This document shows, in pieces, positions 8,365 through 16,089 of a stretch of DNA of 23,225 nt. Origin of the DNA: an uncultured Candidatus Bathyarchaeia archaeon (GTDB lineage Archaea > Thermoproteota > Bathyarchaeia > Bathyarchaeales > Bathycorpusculaceae); assembly GCA_964450845.1 (NCBI GenBank), contig CAYVGZ010000014.1, positions 1 to 23,225 on the forward strand, read 5' to 3'. The notes beneath the pieces are model-generated. The model saw only the letters and a program-made list of their open reading frames with translations, was not told where the DNA came from and did no database searches. The translations under genes and the position numbers were made by a program. How positions within the stretch are numbered: position 1 is the stretch's first letter; every line of letters starts with the position of its first letter.

Positions 8365-9600
8365 GTGAAGCCAATGGGGCTACTCGATATCCTTAGGCGA
8401 GAATTCTATTTCATCACGGGCAACTATCAAGTTCTCGTCATAAGCTGGATCATAATGGACTTAGCCATGGAAATGCCCGTTCCAAACTTTCAGTATTACG
8501 TACAAGCCTTAGGTGGAACAGGGTTAGCTCTTGGAATAATAGGTTTTGCTAATTGGGTAGCAATGGCAATTGTAGCATTCCCAGGAGGTTACCTTGCAGA
8601 CAAATATGGTCGACGCTGGCTCATTACAACAATGACTTTTATAATGGCTTTATCAAACTTGCTCTTCGCCTTTGCCCCAACATGGCACTTCATTCTAATA
8701 GGAACAATTGTCCACAGCCTCTGCCTTATTTACCAGCCTGCATTGTTTGCAATGGTTCAAGATTCGCTTCCTCCAGAACGCAGAGGAATGGGTTCCTCCA
8801 TCATACAACTTATTCACGGCACCTTCAACACTCCAGGTCCCGTAATTGCAGGCATACTCTTGCTAATGTTTGGATTAGTTCCAAGCATGAGAATCATCTA
8901 TGTAATCGTGACAATCCTTTTTGTCATAGCAGCAATTTGGCGGCTCAAATTGAAGGAAACACTAACGAATAGTGAACCGATCCGTTTCAGATATTTTATT
9001 TCCTCATACCCGAAGGCTGTAAAAGAGTCCTTTAACGTCTGGAAAGCAGTGCCACGATCAGTATTATGGCTATTCGTTGTCCAAACTCTTGTAACATTCG
9101 GAATGTCACTTACTCAAGTAATGAACGCTATATACGCAACAGACGTGCTTGGAATACCAGAAGAACAATGGTGGCTTACCTTCATCCCGCTTTTACTAAC
9201 AATGGTTGCAATGTCAATTCCAATCGGCAAAATGGTTGACAAGATCGGAAGAAAAATCCCACTGATTTTAGGTCTATTTGTCTTCAGCGCAGCTACAGTG
9301 ATTTTTGTCTTTGGTAACCTACTCACCCTTATGATTTCGATGTCTCTATTCGGAATTGGTCAAATGCTCGTAATGTCCGCAGCCATGGCACTTTCAACAG
9401 ATCTTGTAGATCCAGTGAACAGGGGCAAGGTGGTCGGGTTTAGAAATTTTGTGGGCTACATCTTTATGGGCTTAGGTATGCTATTGGGCAACTATCTATA
9501 CGTAAGCTTAATTCCGCAAATGCCCTTCTACGTAGCTCTCGGATTGCTTATCCCAGCGTTCCTCATAGTTCTGTTTCTGATTCACGAAGCTAAAGAATGA
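8365..9600 (+). CDS. MFS transporter
   Basis: About 12 TM. Motif A occurs twice (GYLADKYGRR, GKMVDKIGRK). GTG start at 8365 or ATG at 8374. Confidence 0.92.
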   Translation: MKPMGLLDILRREFYFITGNYQVLVISWIIMDLAMEMPVPNFQYYVQALGGTGLALGIIGFANWVAMAIVAFPGGYLADKYGRRWLITTMTFIMALSNLLFAFAPTWHFILIGTIVHSLCLIYQPALFAMVQDSLPPERRGMGSSIIQLIHGTFNTPGPVIAGILLLMFGLVPSMRIIYVIVTILFVIAAIWRLKLKETLTNSEPIRFRYFISSYPKAVKESFNVWKAVPRSVLWLFVVQTLVTFGMSLTQVMNAIYATDVLGIPEEQWWLTFIPLLLTMVAMSIPIGKMVDKIGRKIPLILGLFVFSAATVIFVFGNLLTLMISMSLFGIGQMLVMSAAMALSTDLVDPVNRGKVVGFRNFVGYIFMGLGMLLGNYLYVSLIPQMPFYVALGLLIPAFLIVLFLIHEAKE

Positions 9601-9650
9601 AAAACAGGGATTATTTCAATTAGGATAAAAAGGGTATTTTAAGAAGAAAG

Positions 9651-11282
9651 TTAGAGTTTACTAATTTTTTGGTCAAATACTTTGCGTAGCATTGATACGG
9701 GTAGGTATCCGTTGGCGGTTATGGTATCATGGAAGAATTTTTCGTCGAATTTTTCTCCCATTTTTTGTTTTAATTCTTCTTTCAGCTTTAAGATGAGCTG
9801 TTTTCCCAGCAGATAAGACAAAGGATAGCCTGGTGTCTGTGTATAACGCATGACCTCAGCAGTGGCGCCTTCTCTAGACATACCCGTTTCCTTCACAAGC
9901 ATTTCAACAGCTTCTTCAAAGCTCATTTCACCCCTGGAAAGTTTGACATCCACAATTATGCGGACAGCACGCCAAATCATATCATTAACTTGTATAAGAT
10001 GTGTCTCCAAGTCCGTTATGAAACCTTTCTGAGCCATCAATTCCTCGCAATAGTGCGCCCAACCCTCAACAGTTTCACTTCCTTCCGCCAATAAACGAAT
10101 AACGCTTCCACGGTTTGATATAGAACCCTGCAAGAAATGTCCAGGAAAAGCTTCATGAACAGCCGTGTTTTTTATCGAAGAATAGTTTAAATGTTTGCCT
10201 AAGTTTGCCAAATCTTTGGGTCTTGTTACGATGTAAACGCCTATTTGTGGATTATCAAATTTGGCGGGCATCATCATAGCCGCAAAGGGAATAATAGGTA
10301 CAAGAAAACCCGGCGTCTCCTCAACTAACATTACGTCTTCTGGATAGACTGTTGCAAGGTTCTTCTCGTGAACAAAACTTCTAGCCTCTTCCATGGTTTT
10401 CCTCGTAAATTCCAACGCTTCCTCAAAAGTCTTGGGAGCTTTACTCTCCACAATCTTGATAACTTCTTCTACAGATTTCCCAGGAGCTATCTGTTGTGCC
10501 AACAGTTCTCTTTTAGTTTTTAATTCTTCTAAGTATTTTACACCTAACTGATAGATTTCATCTGAATTCATCCCCAAATCGCGTAGTTGAATGAGCCTTT
10601 CGAATTTCTCTCTGCCGATAGCCCATTCTTCCTTGGTTTTAGAAAGCAAACCACGAAGCCACTCCATTTGTGTTTTTAACGCAGGTTGAAGATTTTCAAC
10701 AGCTTTGCCTAACCTTTCGTAGACTTTATCTGAAACTTTACCTTTCGTTGCATACAGTATAAATTGGAATAAGCCGCCTATTTGTTGGGTTTTTTCTATG
10801 GCTGTCTCAGTCCAAAGTTTTACCGGCTGCGAGTTTGCAAATCTGGAGCGAAATTCTTCCAAGAATTGGGGGATTTTCTCGATGCGGGCTGCTATAGCAT
10901 CTAATCTTTTTTCTAGAGGCGCATAGTCTCGGCTAAACATCATAAAAATCAGTCCGCCCACTTCTTCTGAAGCGTCTGGATTTAACTCGTGCACTCGCCG
11001 CTCATAGAAGTCAAACTTCCAGCGTTCGTAGGCTTTTTCAATTACTTCCCAGTCTATTTTATGTTCATCGCTTAGTTCTTCACGGTTTACAGTTTCACTT
11101 AACCTTTTAATCCATTCTTCCATAAAGCGAAGATTTTCAATAAGCCTTTCAGTAGAACCATTTGGCAAAAGGTAATCGTAAGGTTCGTGTAATCCAAGCC
11201 ACGTAGCGAAGTCAGGGTTTTTCTCTAGAAACTTGTTCAGCATTTGCTGGCTTAACTTTTCGAACAATTCGTCTGCTTTCAA
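9651..11282 (-). CDS. DUF885 family protein (putative zinc metallopeptidase)
   Basis: HEAFPGH, EGWAHYCE, RAVRIIVD and Y..PGYPLSYLLG motifs. TTG start. Confidence 0.88.
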   Translation of the reverse strand: MKADELFEKLSQQMLNKFLEKNPDFATWLGLHEPYDYLLPNGSTERLIENLRFMEEWIKRLSETVNREELSDEHKIDWEVIEKAYERWKFDFYERRVHELNPDASEEVGGLIFMMFSRDYAPLEKRLDAIAARIEKIPQFLEEFRSRFANSQPVKLWTETAIEKTQQIGGLFQFILYATKGKVSDKVYERLGKAVENLQPALKTQMEWLRGLLSKTKEEWAIGREKFERLIQLRDLGMNSDEIYQLGVKYLEELKTKRELLAQQIAPGKSVEEVIKIVESKAPKTFEEALEFTRKTMEEARSFVHEKNLATVYPEDVMLVEETPGFLVPIIPFAAMMMPAKFDNPQIGVYIVTRPKDLANLGKHLNYSSIKNTAVHEAFPGHFLQGSISNRGSVIRLLAEGSETVEGWAHYCEELMAQKGFITDLETHLIQVNDMIWRAVRIIVDVKLSRGEMSFEEAVEMLVKETGMSREGATAEVMRYTQTPGYPLSYLLGKQLILKLKEELKQKMGEKFDEKFFHDTITANGYLPVSMLRKVFDQKISKL

Positions 11283-11461
11283 TTTTTAATCCATCCTTGA
11301 CGAAATTTTAATCAACCCACGTAATTAAGTCTTAACAAAACAAGAAAAAACCATGCTAATTCTATATGCTTCTACAATGCGTTTTTCTTTAAATTATCCA
11401 GCAACAGCACAAGTTCTTTTAAACCCAAAAGCGATAATTATCAATCTGTGAGGAACCGAAC

Positions 11462-12151
11462 ATGTCAATCAAAAAATCTCCTGAAAAAAACGAAATCCTG
11501 TTTGTATGGTTTAACCATTATGCTGGAGTAACCATCAAAACCCCCTCAAAAACACTCGTAGTAGACCCAGTAGATGTAAAACCTCGAGACTTCAAAAATA
11601 TTGACGCAATTTTGATTACGCACGAACATTATGACCATTTTGACCAATCCCTTGTTTCAGAAATCCATAAACAAACACTATGCGTGGTTGTAGCTGACCC
11701 AACATGCGCAAAAAGATTGCAAAACGTAATTCCTCCAGAAAAGTTGGATGAAGTTCGGCAAGGTTCAGAAGTGAAGATTGGAGAAGTCCTTGTGAAGGCT
11801 GAAAAATGTAACCATCTAGCAGCCACGCCTGTATCTTTTGTAATAACAAGTGAAGATGGCGTCAAAGTTTTCCACACAGCAGATAGCCTACCATTTCCAG
11901 AGATGGCAGACATTGGCGAAAGGGAAAAACTTGATGTTGTTTTCTGCACAGTTGGAGTTGCGCCTGGCACATCACCAGAAACAGGCGTTGATATTGCAAA
12001 ATTGACAAAACCGAAGGTGGCGGTTCCCTACCATACTGGCTCAACAGAAGACTTGAAGAAGTTCGGTGAAATTCTAAAGAAGGAAATGCCAAAAGTCACA
12101 TGTTTAATACCTGAAATAGGAAAAATCTACCAAGTTTCTAAACGGACGTGA
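11462..12151 (+). CDS. Metallo-beta-lactamase-fold hydrolase (UlaG/UPF0173-like)
   Basis: LVVDP, THEHYDH, FHTADS and VPYH motifs. Confidence 0.88.
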   Translation: MSIKKSPEKNEILFVWFNHYAGVTIKTPSKTLVVDPVDVKPRDFKNIDAILITHEHYDHFDQSLVSEIHKQTLCVVVADPTCAKRLQNVIPPEKLDEVRQGSEVKIGEVLVKAEKCNHLAATPVSFVITSEDGVKVFHTADSLPFPEMADIGEREKLDVVFCTVGVAPGTSPETGVDIAKLTKPKVAVPYHTGSTEDLKKFGEILKKEMPKVTCLIPEIGKIYQVSKRT

Positions 12152-12155
12152 AACA

Positions 12156-12812
12156 TTGCCTATCGAAAAGAGTGGCGAAACAATAAAAGTTGAAATCTGC
12201 AAAATCCTAAACAAAATAGGTGCCCTGCAATTCGGAGCCTTCAAACTCACAAGCGGAAAAATAAGCCCCTATTACATAGACTTAAGAATAGTTCCAAGCT
12301 TCCCAGACGCTTTTAAAAAAGCCTGCGATTTCTACGTAAGCTTCATAAAAAACAAAATAGGCGACAAAAATTTTGAGAGGATAGCCGGAATTCCAGTCGC
12401 CGGCATACCATTTGCATCCCTAATTGCCTATAATCTACAAAAACCATTTCTATACGTCCGCAAAGGTGCCCGTCTCCATGGAAGACAAAGAAGAATAGAA
12501 GGGATCCTTGCATCCGGAGACCGTGTTTTACTAGTTGACGACCTAATCACAACTGGTTTATCCCTGAGAAAGGCGGCAAAAGCCATAATGGCAGAAGGTG
12601 GAGTGGTGACTGATGCTGTTGCACTTCTAGACAGAGAAGAGGGTGGAAAAGAAAAACTTGAGAAGAGCGGAATAAAGCTTTACGCACTGCTTAATGTTAG
12701 CGAGATAGTCAACAAGCTATATGAAATAGGAGCAATAGACGAACAGCAGTTAAAAACCATCCTGAAGCAGATTAAAAAAAGTAAAATAAAGCACGGTGTA
12801 AGTTATTCATAG
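12156..12812 (+). CDS. pyrE: Orotate phosphoribosyltransferase
   Basis: FKLTSGKISPYYIDLR, YVRK...HG and PRPP-binding LLVDDLITTG motifs. TTG start 4 nt after the MBL gene stop. Confidence 0.95.
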   Translation: MPIEKSGETIKVEICKILNKIGALQFGAFKLTSGKISPYYIDLRIVPSFPDAFKKACDFYVSFIKNKIGDKNFERIAGIPVAGIPFASLIAYNLQKPFLYVRKGARLHGRQRRIEGILASGDRVLLVDDLITTGLSLRKAAKAIMAEGGVVTDAVALLDREEGGKEKLEKSGIKLYALLNVSEIVNKLYEIGAIDEQQLKTILKQIKKSKIKHGVSYS

Positions 12813-13363
12813 AAAATAAGTTCTTGCTCTTCCAATATTTTGTGGAGCTTAAGCACCGCGTCATAAACGTCCTGTTCTTTCTTCGCCCCAGTGCAAACAA
12901 GTTTCCCGCTAGCAAACAACAGTATAACGACTTTGGGCTCATCCATTCTATAGATTAAGCCTGGGAACTGTTCGGGCTCGTACATTGTTTTTCCAAGGGA
13001 AACAGCTGACTTTTCCAAGTCTATCATGCCACCTAGACTTGCAGAAGCAACTATGTTTTGTATCTTTAACTCTGGCTTACTAATGATGATTATCCCACCT
13101 TTCTTCAGCTCTTTAATAACTTTTATAACTGCCCTGCGGGCTTCCTTTTCCGACTTTGCACCTGTACAAACCATTTTCCCAGAGTTAAAAATCAAAGTAG
13201 CCGTCTTCGGTCTTTTAAGCCTAAATACTAGTCCAGGAAACTGTTCTGGACGATATTCTACGCCTGGATAACCTTTCACAACGGCGTTTAAGTCAACTTT
13301 TTGATTTAGGGTTGCGGAGGCGACAACGTTTTCGATGTTTACTATGGCTTTAGCCTTTGGCAT
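12803..13363 (-). CDS. tbp: TATA-box-binding protein
   Basis: Two internal repeats: NVVAS/NIVAS, Y.PEQFPGL twice and F.SGK.VCTGAK twice. Confidence 0.98.
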   Translation of the reverse strand: MPKAKAIVNIENVVASATLNQKVDLNAVVKGYPGVEYRPEQFPGLVFRLKRPKTATLIFNSGKMVCTGAKSEKEARRAVIKVIKELKKGGIIIISKPELKIQNIVASASLGGMIDLEKSAVSLGKTMYEPEQFPGLIYRMDEPKVVILLFASGKLVCTGAKKEQDVYDAVLKLHKILEEQELIFYE

Positions 13364-13461
13364 GAAACATCACTTAATATAGTGAATGCTTAAATACCCT
13401 TTATAAAGCCTTAGGTTGGAAACTTTTGCGTTAGGACGTAGATCTACTTTTTTCTGACGAT

Positions 13462-14343
13462 TCATAGCTCTACATTCAAAAATGTCCTTATGATGAACCC
13501 CATTATGAATGTTAAAGCTGCTATTCCAAGGCTGATGGATACCATCTCTGAAAATCTATTTTTGAATGAAATTTCTTTAGCAACAGAAATGTAGAAAGTG
13601 AATATGAAAATCACTATGACCGCGTTTGAAAGCGTGAAGCCTAAGCATAGAAGTGAATCTGTAAAAACAAAATAGGGGAATATCAGAAACAGAACCGTGA
13701 TAATATAGGCAGTCCCAGTGTAAACTGCTGCTTTAAACGGGCTCTTTGAACCGCCTTCAGATTTTGTTGACAAATATTCTGATGTGGCCATTGATAGAGA
13801 CGCAGCAATCCCAATAATCAAACCCACCATCGCTGTTAAACGTGTGTTTTGGAGAGCAAATGTTAAGCCTGCTAGGGCGCCTGTTAGTTCCACAAGTGCA
13901 TCATTCAAACCAAGAACCATGGAACCAACGTATCTAAGACGTTCTTCGTCTATCAGATCAATCAATTCTTTTTCATGTTCGTCTTCGTCTTCCACGATGT
14001 CTTTGGCAGATGGCACGGACTCGGATATCTTTTCATATGTTGTTTGCGCTTTCTCTTCGCCCTTCTCCATCAGTTTTATTCCAAATGTTATTCCGAGTAT
14101 CTTGGCTGTTAAGAAATATATCCATACTTTAAACTTGTTTGGTTTTATGTCTTTTTTGGTGTATTTCCTCCAAAAATTGTAGTGCTCTAATTCTTCATTT
14201 GATATTCGCTGCAGAATCTTTCTATTTTGGGAATCTTTAGTTGATTGAGCTAACTTCTCGTAAATAAGATGCTCAGTGATTTCGTTCTTTTGGGAAGTCA
14301 GGATTAATCTTTTTGTTTCCTCGTTCAGCACTTTACCTTCCAT
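13462..14343 (-). CDS. Rubrerythrin/ferritin-like domain fused to a VIT1/CCC1 transporter (MbfA-like iron exporter)
   Basis: Diiron pattern E..(EITEH)..EELEH..EKGE..DEDEH, then the VIT1 signature VLGLNDALVE and SMATSEYLS. I prefer the ATG at 14343 over the track's 14421 because a TATA box lies 24-30 nt upstream. Confidence 0.88.
   Translation of the reverse strand: MEGKVLNEETKRLILTSQKNEITEHLIYEKLAQSTKDSQNRKILQRISNEELEHYNFWRKYTKKDIKPNKFKVWIYFLTAKILGITFGIKLMEKGEEKAQTTYEKISESVPSAKDIVEDEDEHEKELIDLIDEERLRYVGSMVLGLNDALVELTGALAGLTFALQNTRLTAMVGLIIGIAASLSMATSEYLSTKSEGGSKSPFKAAVYTGTAYIITVLFLIFPYFVFTDSLLCLGFTLSNAVIVIFIFTFYISVAKEISFKNRFSEMVSISLGIAALTFIMGFIIRTFLNVEL
13480..13610 (+). repeat. 131-bp dispersed direct repeat, copy 2 (inside the VIT1 gene 3' end)
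   Basis: 92% identical to 565-695. Confidence 0.9.
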
Positions 14344-14366
14344 GGTCAGAATATAGGTTTGTTCTC

Positions 14367-14373
14367 TTAAATA
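14367..14373 (-). promoter_or_regulatory. Putative TATA box for the MbfA-like gene (leaderless spacing)
   Basis: TATTTAA on the minus strand, 24-30 nt upstream of ATG 14343. Confidence 0.5.
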
Positions 14374-14413
14374 GAGCTTTGCAAGTACAGATGAGGAGCC
14401 TCTCTTTCTTGCT

Positions 14414-14623
14414 GCTGACAACCGTCACCTTCTGACGCTTAATCATTAGAAGGGGAGTCTTCAGCACGTGGAGCATTTCTAATACTACTTATGCTCTGTT
14501 TCGAGCACTCGTCATAAGGGCATAGGTTGCGGTCTTGTTTACTTCTTTGTTGCTTGAAAGAAACACGGGATTTGCGGGAGACTTCTCCATCTGTCTTGGA
14601 TTCAAACCTGATCCTCGGCACCA
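14414..14623 (+). pseudogene. Decayed tRNA-like element (possibly an intron-containing tRNA-Met(CAT) relic)
   Basis: GAGCA-CTCG-TCATAA (14503-14517), TTCAAA (14601-14606) and CCTCGGC-A-CCA (14613-14623). CTCGT can pair with ACGGG (14565-14569). The T-stem is broken and there is no clean 5' acceptor strand. Confidence 0.4.
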
Positions 14624-14703
14624 TGAACTTTTCTTGTTATGAAAGCTGAGTATGGATAGAGAATTCATAAACGAGATAACATTGAGATTAGAAAGTTTCG
14701 CTC

Positions 14704-15060
14704 ATGCAATCCAAAACAGACGATTTTCTGGCTGAACTTGAAGCATATGATATTGAAGAGCATCATCTGAGAAGCTTTCAACTATACGAGGAGTATACCC
14801 AAAGACCTATTGCTGACACAATTAGAGGGCGTAGAGAAAACTTTGAAAAGGCTGGATTTACGACCAAAAGACAACTGCTTAATGAAGTTGAAAGAGAAGT
14901 CAAGAGCTTTCGTACTTGGCTGGAAGAAACCAAAAATCTTGACCCTACGATCGCTTATTATTTTGCGGTCAGTCTCAAGAGCTTGCTTTTTGGGCTTCCG
15001 GTGGGTGTCCAAGTAGCACAGTTGTTTGATACTATACTGGATAAACATGTTAGAAAGTAA
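14704..15060 (+). CDS. Hypothetical protein
   Basis: 118-aa ATG ORF with a soluble, helical composition and no recognised motif. Confidence 0.7.
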   Translation: MQSKTDDFLAELEAYDIEEHHLRSFQLYEEYTQRPIADTIRGRRENFEKAGFTTKRQLLNEVEREVKSFRTWLEETKNLDPTIAYYFAVSLKSLLFGLPVGVQVAQLFDTILDKHVRK

Positions 15061-15273
15061 TGCATACTATTTCAGAAGCAGAAAAAAGTGACTGTGCGAG
15101 AGACATCTCCAATTTAGTAGGCTAAAGCCTTAGGTTGTAGCTTTCTGCTGTAAGATGCAACCTTCTGTTTTCTCTTTCTGAAGATTTTGCCGTAGTCGCT
15201 GTATTCTCTTGTTGAACATCTGAAGTCTGCTTCTATGCGCTGATAGGCTTCTTCGGTGGTTTTGTAGGTATGC

Positions 15274-16089
15274 TCAGAATGGTGCAAATACTCCAGCGAA
15301 CACAAGCCAAGCTAAGAGTGTCTTCGCTACAAAACTGAGAATGATGTAGACTCTTTCGCCATACAAGTAATCCTTCCATCGTCCGACGCCTTTGTATTGC
15401 AGAACCATGTTAACCGCGAAGCTCATGAACAGAATGAAATAGATGAACAGTATCATGTAGACAAACGTAGGAGGACTGACATCAACGGAATTCACAGCAG
15501 CCGCGAAATAGGCAAAAAGCACAACCCATGGGAGACCCCCAGAAACGCAACCAAAGTAAAATGCGGACCAATCAATTTTCTCAGTTTTCTGATTCACCAG
15601 CTCCATCAAATATCCGAACATTATCATCATCATGTTCAACACAAAAATCATGACTAGCGACCAAAAGTCCCAGATGCCAACAAAAGTTGAAATCAAAAAG
15701 ATCATTATAGAGCTCGAGAAGGCATACTCATACCATCGGTATGGATTCATCCCTTTCTTCAGTTTCTCATTGTAGCTATTGTTTTTGGGATACGCAATCG
15801 CAAAATGTGCAATTGCTGAAATCAGAGGAAAAGACGCAAGAATCACCCCAAGATTACTGAGTGTAAAGAGAACTTGGGGGTTTGGAACTGCAAAGAAATT
15901 GGGCGCTGAGCCACCCAGCTTCAGATAGAACGTGTAAATATCTCTAGACCATGTTAGTAAAAAACCCAGAATCAGCATTATGATTCCTTGTATTAGGTGC
16001 AGAACCCCTGCAGCAGTATTGAAACGCTTAAGATAAGCGAAGGAAATAGGTGAACGAGCAATTATTTCTTGTCTTTCTTTATAGTTCAT
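15274..16089 (-). CDS. Heliorhodopsin
   Basis: FN...G.LHLIQ (H31), AH (H95), MNPYRWYEY (R118, W119, E121), GE..YIILSFVAK (S252, retinal-binding K256) and terminal AW.VFAG. The seven-TM pattern is collinear with Thermoplasmatales HeR as I recall it. Confidence 0.95.
   Translation of the reverse strand: MNYKERQEIIARSPISFAYLKRFNTAAGVLHLIQGIIMLILGFLLTWSRDIYTFYLKLGGSAPNFFAVPNPQVLFTLSNLGVILASFPLISAIAHFAIAYPKNNSYNEKLKKGMNPYRWYEYAFSSSIMIFLISTFVGIWDFWSLVMIFVLNMMMIMFGYLMELVNQKTEKIDWSAFYFGCVSGGLPWVVLFAYFAAAVNSVDVSPPTFVYMILFIYFILFMSFAVNMVLQYKGVGRWKDYLYGERVYIILSFVAKTLLAWLVFAGVFAPF

Noticed and set aside
14344-14421. N-terminal extension of the VIT1 fusion given by the ORF track
   Set aside because: It covers the TATA box and is not family-like; the ATG at 14343 fits better.
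15114-15305. 63-aa minus-strand ORF overlapping the heliorhodopsin 3' end
   Set aside because: Its start lies inside heliorhodopsin, with no RBS or recognisable motif. It may be a gene remnant but I cannot support it.
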